The position numbers and the translations under genes are program-made. A stretch of DNA of 64,000 bases from NCBI GenBank assembly GCA_050246315.1, contig JBFWWG010000009.1, positions 117,812-181,811 of the forward strand, written 5' to 3'. The notes beneath the pieces are model-generated. The model worked only from the letters and a program-made list of their open reading frames with translations, did not search any database and had not been told where the DNA came from. Positions 9,130 to 18,500 of the stretch are shown piece by piece. Numbering within the stretch: position 1 is the stretch's first letter; every line of letters begins with the position of its first letter. This DNA is from Nitrospiraceae bacterium. GTDB lineage: Bacteria; Nitrospirota; Nitrospiria; Nitrospirales; Nitrospiraceae.

Positions 9130-9382
9130 AAACGTTTCATATCCCATCCTAGATGCCATGATCACGCTTGCTGGACTGGTTGACGTGGTGGGAAGGAAAA
9201 CGAAATCGTGACGCTCACTGACCAAGGAGGTCCGTCCGCTGTTCTGCTCGGTAACGGATCAGTACGAGGGGCTCATTGAGACGGTCGAGATCCTCAGCGA
9301 CCGGAGGGCGATGCGTTCGATTGGGCGATCAATGAAGCAGGTTGAGAGGGGGAGAGGGTGTGTGACGGAGAAGTGTTTGACC
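9130..9382 (+). pseudogene. Frameshifted Phd/YefM antitoxin remnant, paralog of 10304..10582
   Basis: Fragments PSAVLL / DQYEGLIETVEILSDRRAMRSIGRSMKQVERG align with PSAVLLSMDQFEGLMETIEILSDQKSMRILRRSLKQAEKG; frameshifted, no intact start. Confidence 0.8.
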
Positions 9383-9419
9383 TTGCTCATGATCGATGAC
9401 GTGTCCCTTGAACACCTTT

Positions 9420-9764
9420 TTATGGTGCAAACATTTCCTGTAAGACTCCAAGGACTGCGGTAAGGGTTCCAGGGGTCACGCGTCCGAGCCGCCTGACGAA
9501 GCGCTCAGGATCGACCGCGCGCAATTGATCTAGTCCGACGAATCCCGTACGGTCGCGGAAGCGACAGCGTACACGCCAGGGATAGGCGTGCCCTCCGGTG
9601 GTCATGGGTGCCACGATCACCGTTTGCAGGTGGTGATTGATCTCATCGGGAGAAATGACCAGGCAGGGCCTTGGTTTTCGGATTTCGCTGCCTCGGATGG
9701 GATCGAGCTCGATCAGGTAGACTTCACCACGTGTTGGTGGAGCGTGCTCTACCGCCACTTCCAC
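9420..9764 (-). CDS. mazF: Type II toxin, PemK/MazF endoribonuclease
   Basis: RGEVY..LDP..GSEIRK.RPCLVIS, VIVAPMTT, DQLRAVD..R. Confidence 0.92.
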   Translation of the reverse strand: MEVAVEHAPPTRGEVYLIELDPIRGSEIRKPRPCLVISPDEINHHLQTVIVAPMTTGGHAYPWRVRCRFRDRTGFVGLDQLRAVDPERFVRRLGRVTPGTLTAVLGVLQEMFAP

Positions 9765-10000
9765 TCTTCCTTATCGAATCGAGTCGGCGTTGGCTGGTCG
9801 AGGAGCTGGTCCTCGCCCCGCTCTCGCATGCGCCGGGCGGCTTCAGCCCAACCAGCCCGTGGTTTCGCCGCCTTGGAAATCAGAATTCGGCCAGGCTCCG
9901 CTTGGAGATCGACTTCACCCTCAAGCTGGGCTTCCTGAAGCAACGGCTTGGGGATGCGGATTCCTTTGGAGTTGCCGATCCGAACGATTTGCGCTTTCAT
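9749..10000 (-). CDS. mazE: Type II antitoxin, AbrB/MazE family
   Basis: IVRIGNSKGIRIPK swapped-hairpin motif; C-terminal FDKEEWKW; overlaps the toxin start. Confidence 0.92.
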   Translation of the reverse strand: MKAQIVRIGNSKGIRIPKPLLQEAQLEGEVDLQAEPGRILISKAAKPRAGWAEAARRMRERGEDQLLDQPTPTRFDKEEWKWR

Positions 10001-10021
10001 CCGTATCTCCTATGAGCCTAC

Positions 10022-10050
10022 ATTGTAATCACATTCCGGGTCCCGAGCAA
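10022..10050 (-). promoter_or_regulatory. Putative sigma70 promoter of mazEF
   Basis: Minus strand TTGCTC-17 bp-TACAAT, -10 inside the near-palindrome TACAATGTA; AGGAG RBS downstream. Confidence 0.6.
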
Positions 10051-10092
10051 ACCCGTCTTGGTTGATTTACAAGCAACCGGCGGGTTGCTAGG

Positions 10093-10225
10093 ATGCGTCG
10101 CGTGAAACACCTTGTCGTCCTGATCTGGGCCGCGCTGGCTGTTCTCGAATCGGGCGCCCTCGCCCTCGTTACCGGTCTCATCAATCCCCATGAAAAAGTG
10201 AGGGGGCCAGGCCGGTCGTCGTGGT
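10093..10225 (+). pseudogene. Truncated, diverged duplicate of the cstA 5' end
   Basis: ALALVTGLINPHEKVRG versus CstA ALAHVTGLVNPHEKVNG; DNA similarity is lost after about 10225. Confidence 0.8.
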
Positions 10226-10245
10226 GGGCTGAAGGATCCTCCGGC

Positions 10246-10278
10246 TTGCCAGGGTCACTATCGGCCATTATAATGGCC
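10246..10278 (+). promoter_or_regulatory. phd-relE promoter with palindromic operator
   Basis: TTGCCA(10246)-17 bp-TATAAT(10269); perfect 16-bp palindrome GGCCATTATAATGGCC (10263-10278) containing the -10. Confidence 0.8.
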
Positions 10279-10303
10279 ACTAATAAAGCTATACGAGGTG
10301 GCC

Positions 10304-10582
10304 ATGCCGCAAGTGGATGAGTTTGTCTCTGTCAGCGAGGCCAAGAATAAGCTGTTGGATTTGATCCGGAGGATGAAGCACAAGCAGGAGGTCGTGGCCA
10401 TTACGCGGGACGGCGTCCCGTCCGCCGTGCTTCTGAGCATGGATCAGTTTGAGGGCCTCATGGAGACAATCGAGATTCTGAGCGATCAGAAATCGATGCG
10501 GATCCTGAGACGGTCCTTGAAACAGGCTGAGAAAGGGAAGTGGGTTCGCCATGAGGCCGTGTTTGGCCGCGAGGATCTGTGA
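10304..10582 (+). CDS. Type II antitoxin, Phd/YefM family
   Basis: VSVSEAKNKL, ITRDG.PSAVLLS, ETIEIL. Confidence 0.92.
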   Translation: MPQVDEFVSVSEAKNKLLDLIRRMKHKQEVVAITRDGVPSAVLLSMDQFEGLMETIEILSDQKSMRILRRSLKQAEKGKWVRHEAVFGREDL

Positions 10583-10875
10583 AAGGGTATCGGGCGCGGT
10601 ATACCACAGATGCCGCCGAGCGAATTCGGAAGCTGCACCCACAGGTCAAGCGTGAAATTCGGGAAGGGATCAGAGAACTCCTTGTTTCTCCCCTTGCAGG
10701 GCGTCTTCTCCAGTTTGAGTTAGCCGGGCTTCGATCCTATCGCGTTCGGACCTATCGAATTATCTATCGCGTTCATGATGACGAGTCTTGTCTTGATATC
10801 ATCTTTGTCGGACCTCGCCGCAATGTCTATGAGGAACTGAGAACACTACTGCTCGCGCAACGCGGAGATGAATAA
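10579..10875 (+). CDS. Type II toxin, RelE/ParE superfamily
   Basis: P.AG..L..ELAGLRSYRVRTYRIIYRV..IIFVGPRRNVY; GTGA overlap with the antitoxin. Confidence 0.9.
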   Translation: MKGYRARYTTDAAERIRKLHPQVKREIREGIRELLVSPLAGRLLQFELAGLRSYRVRTYRIIYRVHDDESCLDIIFVGPRRNVYEELRTLLLAQRGDE

Positions 10876-10926
10876 TGCCTCGCCTTTTAACCCGTTCTCC
10901 ATTTTGTTAGCATCCTTTGGCGATTT

Positions 10927-12924
10927 ATGATGAGGGCCTTCCTTTGGGGTTCCCTTTCGATCCTTGGTGCAATCGCGCTCGCCCACGTCACCGGCCTCGT
11001 CAATCCCCACGAAAAAGTGAACGGACTCTGGCTGGTCGTGGCGGCGGCGTGCATCTATGTGCTGGCCTTCCGGTTTTATGGCCGGTGGATCGCCCGGCGC
11101 GTGGTCGAGCTTGACGATCGGCGGATCACCCCCGCGGTCCGACTGAACGACGGGGTCAATTACCACCCCACCAACAAGGCCGTGCTGTTCGGCCATCACT
11201 TCGCGGCCATCGCCGGTGCCGGTCCGTTACTCGGTCCGGTGCTGGCAGCGCAGTTCGGCTTCCTGCCGGGCTTTCTCTGGCTGGTGATCGGCGCGGTGCT
11301 GGCTGGCGCGGTGCAGGATTTCATCATCTTGGTTGCCTCGATGCGTCGCAATGGCCGGTCGCTTCCGGAGATCGCGCGTGACGAGTTGGGGTTGGTCACC
11401 GGGACAGCCACCGCCGTCGCGGTGTTATTCATTGTCGTGGTGGCGCTGGCCGGTTTAGGGTTCGCGGTTGTCAATGCACTGTATCGGAATGCTTGGGGTA
11501 CCTTCACCATTGCGATGACGATCCCTATCGGCTTCGTCATGGGGTTGTATCTCCAGCGATTGCGCCCCGGCCGGATCGTCGAGGTGTCGCTGCTCGGCAT
11601 CGTCCTGCTGGTTGCCGCGGTGCTGTCCGGCCGCCTCGTCGCGCAGTCGTCTCTTGCTTGGCTGTTTGAATTCGAGCGACCGACCCTGGTTTGGTTGCTG
11701 GCCGGCTATGGCTTTCTTGCCTCGGTACTGCCCGGCTGGATGTTGCTGGTGCCGCGTGGCTACCTCTCCACCTTTATGAAGCTGGGCGTGGTGTTCCTCC
11801 TGGGCGTCGGTGTGATCCTGATGGCTCCGACGATCGAAATGCCGCGTGTGACCATCTTTGCTCGCGGCGGCGGGCCAATTATTCCGGGCACGCTCTTCCC
11901 GTTCCTCTTTATCACGATCGCCTGCGGGGCCGTGTCCGGCTTTCATGCGCTCGTCTCCTCCGGCACCACGCCGAAGATGATCGAACAGGAATCCCAGGCG
12001 ACGGTCGGCTACGGCGCAATGTTGCTGGAAAGTTTCGTGGGCGTCATGGCGCTGATTGCCGCGTCGGTGCTGATCCCGGGCGATTACCTGGCGATCAACA
12101 CGATGTTGTCGTTCGAATCACTGGCCTCGATGGGTTTCCCTGTCTCGCGAGTTCAGGAACTGTCTCAGTTGGTGGAGGTGGATGTGGTCGGTCGGCCGGG
12201 CGGGGCGGTCTCGCTCGCGGTCGGCATGGCGTCCATTTTTGCGGCGCTCCCTGGCATGGCCGGCTTGATGGCCTATTGGTATCAGTTTGCGCTGGTGTTC
12301 GAGGCACTGTTCATCCTGACCACGATCGATACCGGCACGAGGGTGGCTCGCTATCTGATTCAAGAAATGGCTGGACGGCTCTATCCTCCCTTTCGCCGCA
12401 TGAATTGGTGGCCCGGCGTTCTGTTGAGCAGCGGCTTGGTGGTAGGAGGGTGGGGTTACCTCATTGGGACCGGGAGCATTTCGACAATCTGGCCGATGTT
12501 CGGCGCGGCGAATCAATTGCTCGGCACTTTGGCTCTTTGCATCGGGACTACAGTCTTGATCAAAATGTGGAAGTCGCAGTATCTCTGGGTGACGGCGGTG
12601 CCGATGCTGTTCGTGGGGGCGATCACATTGACCGGCTCCTATGAGATGTTCGGCCTGTTCCTGTCAAAAGCGGCGACGCTCGGAGCAAGCGGCCAGGCCT
12701 TTGCTCTTTACCTGGATGCTGTGCTTGTGGCGGCGGTAGCGATCTTGGGCGTGATCGTTCTGGTGGACGGTTTGAGACAGTGGTATGGCTACATCATCTT
12801 AAAGCGGCCCTTTACCAGCAGCGAAGTGGTCGCCATGGCCGGGGCGGGATCGGCCGGGCGCATGCAACCGACCATGCGGGATGAGTCGGAGGGTTTCCAT
12901 ATTCCAGGCGGAGGCTGTTGCTAG
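10927..12924 (+). CDS. cstA: Carbon starvation protein A (CstA/BtsT family transporter)
   Basis: TPA..NDG..YHPT, GHHFAAIAGAGPL.GP, IACGAVSGFHAL.SSGTT, LFILTTIDTGTR, IWPMFGAANQLL. Confidence 0.95.
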   Translation: MMRAFLWGSLSILGAIALAHVTGLVNPHEKVNGLWLVVAAACIYVLAFRFYGRWIARRVVELDDRRITPAVRLNDGVNYHPTNKAVLFGHHFAAIAGAGPLLGPVLAAQFGFLPGFLWLVIGAVLAGAVQDFIILVASMRRNGRSLPEIARDELGLVTGTATAVAVLFIVVVALAGLGFAVVNALYRNAWGTFTIAMTIPIGFVMGLYLQRLRPGRIVEVSLLGIVLLVAAVLSGRLVAQSSLAWLFEFERPTLVWLLAGYGFLASVLPGWMLLVPRGYLSTFMKLGVVFLLGVGVILMAPTIEMPRVTIFARGGGPIIPGTLFPFLFITIACGAVSGFHALVSSGTTPKMIEQESQATVGYGAMLLESFVGVMALIAASVLIPGDYLAINTMLSFESLASMGFPVSRVQELSQLVEVDVVGRPGGAVSLAVGMASIFAALPGMAGLMAYWYQFALVFEALFILTTIDTGTRVARYLIQEMAGRLYPPFRRMNWWPGVLLSSGLVVGGWGYLIGTGSISTIWPMFGAANQLLGTLALCIGTTVLIKMWKSQYLWVTAVPMLFVGAITLTGSYEMFGLFLSKAATLGASGQAFALYLDAVLVAAVAILGVIVLVDGLRQWYGYIILKRPFTSSEVVAMAGAGSAGRMQPTMRDESEGFHIPGGGCC

Positions 12925-12933
12925 GAGATCACC

Positions 12934-13431
12934 ATGGCGGATCAATTTTCATTCGATGTCGTATCGGAAGTGAACATGCAGGAGATGAAGAACGTCGTCG
13001 ATCAGGCGACGAAGGAGATCAAGCAGCGATTCGACTTCAAGGACTCCAAGACGGAGATCACGCTGAAGGAGAAGGAAAAGGAACTGGTCGTGATCTCCGA
13101 TGACGACTATAAGTTGAATGCGGTGAACGAGATTATCAAGGCGAAATGCGTCAAGCGCGGCGTCTCGCTCAAGGCCCTGAACTACGGCGCGATCGAGCCG
13201 GCGTTAGGGGGAACGGTCCGGCAGGTCGTCAAGATTCAGAGCGGCATCGTGGCGGACAAGGCTAAGGAGATCACCAGGTCCGTAAAGGACTCGAAGCTGA
13301 AAGTGCAGGCGCAGATCCAAGGCGAGCAAGTCCGCATCGTGAGCAAGAGCAAGGATGAACTCCAATCCGCCATCGCCTTCTTGAAACAGCAAGACTTCGG
13401 GATCGATCTCCAGTTCACGAACTACCGGTAA
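12934..13431 (+). CDS. yajQ: YajQ family nucleotide/c-di-GMP-binding protein
   Basis: SFDVVSEV, RFDFK, KLKVQAQIQGEQVR, LQFTNYR. Confidence 0.95.
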   Translation: MADQFSFDVVSEVNMQEMKNVVDQATKEIKQRFDFKDSKTEITLKEKEKELVVISDDDYKLNAVNEIIKAKCVKRGVSLKALNYGAIEPALGGTVRQVVKIQSGIVADKAKEITRSVKDSKLKVQAQIQGEQVRIVSKSKDELQSAIAFLKQQDFGIDLQFTNYR

Positions 13432-14477
13432 TGCGCGACCTATCACGCGGCTTGCCTTGGGCAGCCGGCCCCTGCTTAGTGCTGTTCTTCCTGCTTCTGC
13501 TGACGGGGTGCGGCGGCAGTGACGCCATTGTCGTGATCGCCGCCCACCCGCAGAACCCCAACATCCTCTACGTGGCGACCAACGACTATATCTATAAGAC
13601 ACGCGACTCGGGGCAGACCTGGGAGAATATTTCGAGGGGAATGACGCATTCGCGCGTCATTGCGCTGGCCATTGATCCGGCCTACCCGGCCACGGTCTAC
13701 GCCGGCACCAAGGGCGATGCGATCTTCAAGAGTCACAATGGCGGCCAGTCATGGGTATCGAAACGGGCCGGGTTGGACGACGTGACGATCAGCTCCGTCG
13801 TGAATCAATTCGTGTTCGATCCCCAGGACGCCAACCACGTCTATGTTGCGACGACCATGGGGGTCTCCGAATCGAAGGACGGTGGCGATATTTGGCGCAA
13901 ACGGATGGAGGGAATGAAGGAAGTGTTGATGGTCGTCACGCTCTGTTTGGACCCTACCAGGCCGAACATCATGTATGCAGGCACGAGCGGCGGCGTGTAC
14001 CGCAGTTTCTCCGGGGCCGAGATTTGGGAGAAGACCAACGAGGGACTCGTCCCGGCCGAATTGGTGAAATCGAGCCGTGCCCTGGGCGTGACGATGATCG
14101 AGGTTGACCGTTTCGAGCCTGACACGGTCTATGCGGCAACGCTCAACGGCCTCTACAAATCGGTGGACAAGGGCGCGATGTGGAAGCGGATCGGGGAGAA
14201 GCTGACGGACCCCATTATTCCCGTGATGGTGCTGGATCGAACCCGAAGGGGCGTTCTCTATATTGCCGGGCGGTTTGGTGTGCTGCGTAGCGAGGACGGA
14301 GGTGACACCTGGCAGCCAGTCAATCAGGGGTTGGCCACATTGAATGTGCGCTCGCTCGTGCAGAGCCCGATCAATTCGAACCTATATTATCTCGGCACGA
14401 ACGGCAGCGGCATGTATCGGAGCGAGGATGCGGGGGCAACGTGGCATGCGATGCCGCCGGTGAAAGCCAAAACCTGA
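13431..14477 (+). CDS. BNR/Asp-box beta-propeller lipoprotein (Ycf48/sortilin-like)
   Basis: Lipobox LTGC; repeated SxDxGxxW Asp-boxes (TRDSGQTW, SKDGGDIW, SEDGGDTW, SEDAGATW). Confidence 0.85.
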   Translation: MRDLSRGLPWAAGPCLVLFFLLLLTGCGGSDAIVVIAAHPQNPNILYVATNDYIYKTRDSGQTWENISRGMTHSRVIALAIDPAYPATVYAGTKGDAIFKSHNGGQSWVSKRAGLDDVTISSVVNQFVFDPQDANHVYVATTMGVSESKDGGDIWRKRMEGMKEVLMVVTLCLDPTRPNIMYAGTSGGVYRSFSGAEIWEKTNEGLVPAELVKSSRALGVTMIEVDRFEPDTVYAATLNGLYKSVDKGAMWKRIGEKLTDPIIPVMVLDRTRRGVLYIAGRFGVLRSEDGGDTWQPVNQGLATLNVRSLVQSPINSNLYYLGTNGSGMYRSEDAGATWHAMPPVKAKT

Positions 14478-14478
14478 A

Positions 14479-14538
14479 CAGGATGGTGGAAGAGCCCGCG
14501 AGCGTTGTTCCTATGTCGCTCAGTGGTTCGACGTATGG
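14479..14538. repeat. Degenerate partial MITE-like element related to 50177..50400
   Basis: CAGGATGGTGGAAGAGCCCGC resembles CAGGATGTTGAAAAAGTCCGC; both lie just after a stop codon. Confidence 0.5.
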
Positions 14539-14551
14539 GGCAGAGACGTCG

Positions 14552-15547
14552 TCAACGATTCAGGTCGGAGTCGCCGATCTCTCCGCCCACTCGTGCCGGC
14601 AATGAGGAGGACGGTCTGTTTCCTCCGCCTATTTGGTCGCCGTAGCGTGGGTCGAGGCTGGTGTCCTGGAGGTCTTGGCCCGGTCTGATGGGGAGCGTGC
14701 TGTCTTGCGTATTCAGACCGGCTTTGGGTCGCAGAGCGCGTGATAGATCGCTATAGGGCGAGACGACCTCGCCGATTTCGGACCCCGTGGCATTCGGCAG
14801 GTCGGAGGATTCAATCGTCGGCCCGATGCGATTGGGGAGAGAACTATCGGAGATGTCCTTTCCGGTGCGAGCCCGTTGCGACGCGTCAGGAGGCCGAAAC
14901 TCTTGTTGAAGGCTCTCCCGGTCTTCATCGAGCGCTCTGGTTCTGACGCCGGCCTCCTCGTAGTCGAGCCGATCGACTTGGATCTGGGCATCCCCGATTT
15001 TGCCCAACCGTTGTCGGATCGTTTGAAGATTTCGTTGCGCGATCGCGACTTGGACGATTATCCCGTTGATCAACTGAGGCCTGGTGGAGGTGGCGACGTT
15101 CAGCGCTCCGGATCGTTGAATCTCGCTCAAGAGATGGGACGCCTGCTCCTCCAGATCGATGACCTCTCCGAGTTGGCCGACGTTTGCGGCACAGCAGACA
15201 AGAAAGGCGCGGTAATCGCTTAGGAAGCGTGCGGCCGTCGATTCGATGTCCTCGCTTTTGATCGCCGGCCGGCCGGGTGACGGCGATGCGGTTCCGGCGG
15301 CCTTCCGATTCGGCGACACCAAGGGATTGCATCCGGCCTCCGGGTTAGCGATGATTTGCTGGCCATCCGGTCTATCGGGGCACCAGTAGATAACGGAGGT
15401 GCGGTTTGCGAGGGAGCCTTTCTGTCCTGCCGGTTGCGCCGGCTGGGCCGAGATGCTCATGAGCACCGCCGAGCCGATGAAGAGCCGAGTCGTCAATGGA
15501 AAACCGAAGCCTTTGAGTAAGGATCGAGCGAATCCTTGATGTGTCAT
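14552..15547 (-). CDS. Secreted hypothetical protein with coiled coil and C-terminal ~12-aa repeats
   Basis: Signal-like N-terminus; helical middle; repeats such as LPNRIGPTIESSD, LPIRPGQDLQDTS, LPARVGGEIGDSD. Confidence 0.7.
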   Translation of the reverse strand: MTHQGFARSLLKGFGFPLTTRLFIGSAVLMSISAQPAQPAGQKGSLANRTSVIYWCPDRPDGQQIIANPEAGCNPLVSPNRKAAGTASPSPGRPAIKSEDIESTAARFLSDYRAFLVCCAANVGQLGEVIDLEEQASHLLSEIQRSGALNVATSTRPQLINGIIVQVAIAQRNLQTIRQRLGKIGDAQIQVDRLDYEEAGVRTRALDEDRESLQQEFRPPDASQRARTGKDISDSSLPNRIGPTIESSDLPNATGSEIGEVVSPYSDLSRALRPKAGLNTQDSTLPIRPGQDLQDTSLDPRYGDQIGGGNRPSSSLPARVGGEIGDSDLNR

Positions 15548-15707
15548 GGAATGATTGTCCAGTCGAGGCCACGATCCGTCAAGATTGATCCTATTTTGAG
15601 CAGCCGAAATGTCTGAACAGGTGCGACCATCATCCGCCGCACCTGCCCGTCAGGTGATGGTGTGATAAGGCGGTGTCGAGACCGATCACGATAGGAGTAC
15701 CTGCGTT

Positions 15708-17000
15708 ATGACGACTGTCTCTATCGAGAACATCGGCCAGTACGTTGGCCAAGAGATCACGGTTCAGGGGTGGTTACGGAGCCGACGCGACAGCGGCAAG
15801 CTCCACTTTCTCACCCTGCGGGATGGAACGGCCGATCTCCAAGCCGTGATCAGCAAGGCGGCAGTGGGAGATGAACAGTTCGCCCTGTCGGCCCGCCTGA
15901 CGCAGGAATCTTCGCTTAAGGTTCGGGGCAAGGTTCGTGCGGAGAAGCGGGCACCCGGCGGATACGAATTGGAGGTGGCCGCCATCGAGTTGGTGCAACT
16001 GGCCGAGCCGTTCCCGATTCAACCGAAAGAACACGGGGTCGGGTTTTTAATGGAACATCGGCATCTGTGGCTGCGCTCGCACCGGCAACATGCCATTCTG
16101 CGCATTCGGCATGAAATCATCCGCGCCTGTCGGAACTTCTTCGATGATCGTGGATTCGTCTTGGTGGATGCGCCGATTTTTACCCCGAACGCCTGTGAAG
16201 GCACGACCACCCTGTTCCAGACTCAATACTTCGACGAGACGGCCTATCTGACCCAAAGTGGACAACTCTATAGTGAGGCCACGGCTGCCGCCTTCGGTAA
16301 GGTCTACTGTTTTGGACCCACCTTTCGCGCAGAAAAATCAAAGACGCGCCGCCACCTGATGGAATTCTGGATGGTGGAGCCCGAGGTCGCCTGGGCGGAA
16401 TTGGCTGATATGATGGATCTGGCCGAAGAGTTCATTTGCTCCATCGTCGAGCGGGTGCTGGAGAATCGGCGTGCGGATCTTCTGGTGCTCGAACGCGATA
16501 TTGCCAAGCTGGAGCGGATTCACCCGCCATTTCCCCGAATGACCTATTATGAGGCGGTGGCGGCGCTGCAGCGGAAAGGCAATGCCATCCAGCGGGGTGA
16601 TGACTTCGGAGGTGACGAAGAAACGCTCTTGTCGAACGAGGTTGATCGGCCGCTGATCGTACATCGTTACCCCTCTACACTTAAGGCGTTTTACATGCAG
16701 AGCGATCCGGTTCATCCGGAACTGGCCCTCTGCATGGACGTGCTCGCACCGGAAGGCTATGGAGAGATCATCGGTGGAGGCCAGCGCATCCATGAGCACG
16801 ATAAGCTGCTAGGACGGATCAAAGAGCATCATCTGCCGGAGGAGGCCTTCCGGTGGTACCTGGACCTTCGCCGATTTGGTTCGGTGCCGCACGCCGGCTT
16901 TGGGATGGGCATCGAACGGGCTGTGGCCTGGATTTGCGGGCTTGAACATGTGCGCGAGACAATTCCGTTCCCTCGGATGCTCTATAAACTCTATCCGTGA
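15708..17000 (+). CDS. asnS: Asparagine--tRNA ligase
   Basis: N-terminal OB fold (LRDGT), [41 protein letters not shown]. Confidence 0.95.
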   Translation: MTTVSIENIGQYVGQEITVQGWLRSRRDSGKLHFLTLRDGTADLQAVISKAAVGDEQFALSARLTQESSLKVRGKVRAEKRAPGGYELEVAAIELVQLAEPFPIQPKEHGVGFLMEHRHLWLRSHRQHAILRIRHEIIRACRNFFDDRGFVLVDAPIFTPNACEGTTTLFQTQYFDETAYLTQSGQLYSEATAAAFGKVYCFGPTFRAEKSKTRRHLMEFWMVEPEVAWAELADMMDLAEEFICSIVERVLENRRADLLVLERDIAKLERIHPPFPRMTYYEAVAALQRKGNAIQRGDDFGGDEETLLSNEVDRPLIVHRYPSTLKAFYMQSDPVHPELALCMDVLAPEGYGEIIGGGQRIHEHDKLLGRIKEHHLPEEAFRWYLDLRRFGSVPHAGFGMGIERAVAWICGLEHVRETIPFPRMLYKLYP

Positions 17001-17191
17001 CAGACCGCGGGCGGATAGGACCGGGCGACAGCCCGGCGGGTTTAAATCAGATCCTCTCCGAACAACCTCCGTGTCGCTCCTCCTCGTTGTGAAACTACCT
17101 CCTGAATTGGTCCAATTTGGGGTCTCTTAGCCCCATGAATCCTCGCTCCGGCTGGTCGTCCTAAGAATTTGATGAAACATTGAAAAATCTG

Positions 17192-17260
17192 TTGACTGTC
17201 CATTCTGTGGGTGTATACTTCGCCACCAAGTGGGAGAAAGTGGTGGGAAATGGTGGGGAG
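17192..17260 (+). promoter_or_regulatory. dcw promoter followed by MraZ-box-like 10-bp-phased repeats
   Basis: TTGACT(17192)-16 bp-TATACT(17214); AAGTGGGAGA AAGTGGTGGG AAATGGTGGG from 17228. Confidence 0.7.
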
Positions 17261-18168
17261 AGGCAAGTGCTGAGGAATCGCATGCTCCGGTTCTTGCCGA
17301 CGAGGTCATCACGTGGCTGCAACCCAGGAGCGGCGGCCGCTACCTTGATTGCACCGTGGGATATGGAGGATTGGCCGAGCGGCTGTTGTCCAGAGTGCCT
17401 GGTGATTCCATGTTGATTGGCCTCGACCATGATGCCAAGGCTCTTGAGGCCAGCCGGACCCGTCTCCGTCCCTTCAGCGAGCGCGTCCAATTGATCCATG
17501 GAAATTTTCGAGATGTGAAACAGCACTTGGCCCAGGTCGGGGTTGTGAACGTTGATGGGGTGGTATTGGACTTGGGCGTCTCGACTCCTCAGTTAGCGAG
17601 TCCGGAGCGGGGCTTCAGTTTCTCCGAGAGCGGGCCACTCGATATGCGGATGGATCAAGCCGGTTCTCTGACAGCGGCGGACGTTGTAAATCGCTGGAAC
17701 GAGCCCGATCTGGCCTGGGCGATATCTCACTATGGAGAGGAACGTTATGCAAGGCGGATCGCACGGGCTATCGCGATCGCCAGGAAGGAAACTCCACTTC
17801 GTACCACCTTCGATCTGGTCGAGGTGATCCGGCATGCCGTTCCGGCCCACTCCCGGCACGGCAGAATCCACTTTGCAACGCGAACGTTTCAGGCGATCAG
17901 AATTGCGGTGAACCGTGAACTCGATGCGCTCGAAGCGGCGCTGCCGCAAGTGATCGACGCCCTGACCGTCGGAGGGCGACTGTGTGTGATCTCGTTCCAC
18001 TCCCTTGAGGATCGGATTGTCAAGCAGGCCTTTCGCTCTCGGGCGGCGAGCGCGGATTCGGACGTGAGGATTTTGACCAAGAAGCCGCAAGTCGCAACGG
18101 CGCAGGAAGTGGAGAGGAATCCGAGAGCGCGGAGCGCCAAGCTGCGCGTTCTGGAGCGAGCGGCCTAG
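17230..18168 (+). CDS. rsmH: 16S rRNA m4C1402 methyltransferase
   Basis: HAPVL, DCTVGYGG, DLGVS..QL...RGFSF, PLDMRMD, FQAIRIAVN, ISFHSLEDRIVK, NPRARSAKLR. Confidence 0.97.
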   Translation: MGESGGKWWGEASAEESHAPVLADEVITWLQPRSGGRYLDCTVGYGGLAERLLSRVPGDSMLIGLDHDAKALEASRTRLRPFSERVQLIHGNFRDVKQHLAQVGVVNVDGVVLDLGVSTPQLASPERGFSFSESGPLDMRMDQAGSLTAADVVNRWNEPDLAWAISHYGEERYARRIARAIAIARKETPLRTTFDLVEVIRHAVPAHSRHGRIHFATRTFQAIRIAVNRELDALEAALPQVIDALTVGGRLCVISFHSLEDRIVKQAFRSRAASADSDVRILTKKPQVATAQEVERNPRARSAKLRVLERAA

Positions 18169-18179
18169 GAGAAGATGAT

Positions 18180-18500
18180 ATGAAGCCTTTGCTGATTCTC
18201 GGCGTGCTCCTCTTTTTACTCGGGTATGTCTGGGAGCGGGTTGATGTCGTGCGGGTCGGCTATCGAGTCGAGCAGTTGAAAGGCCAGAAGGTGTTGCTGG
18301 AACGGGAGCGGGACGAATTGAGTGTGAAGCTGGCCTCGCTCAGCGCGCCGGACCGAGTGGCCCGGCTGGCGAAGGAAAAACTAGGGATGATGCCGGCGCA
18401 GCCGGGGCAGGTCGTTGTCGTGCATCGCGTGGAACCGAGGCAGCCGCCCGATCGTCCTTCCATTGAAGCGGTGCGCGTTGCGAAGCGCGAGGTGCGCTAG
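18180..18500 (+). CDS. ftsL: Cell division protein FtsL
   Basis: Single TM helix plus leucine heptads, A...LGM..; position between rsmH and ftsI. Confidence 0.85.
   Translation: MKPLLILGVLLFLLGYVWERVDVVRVGYRVEQLKGQKVLLERERDELSVKLASLSAPDRVARLAKEKLGMMPAQPGQVVVVHRVEPRQPPDRPSIEAVRVAKREVR

Noticed and set aside
17021..17045. Hairpin CCGGGC-GACA-GCCCGG after asnS as an intrinsic terminator
   Set aside because: The U-tract is short and offset; too weak to call
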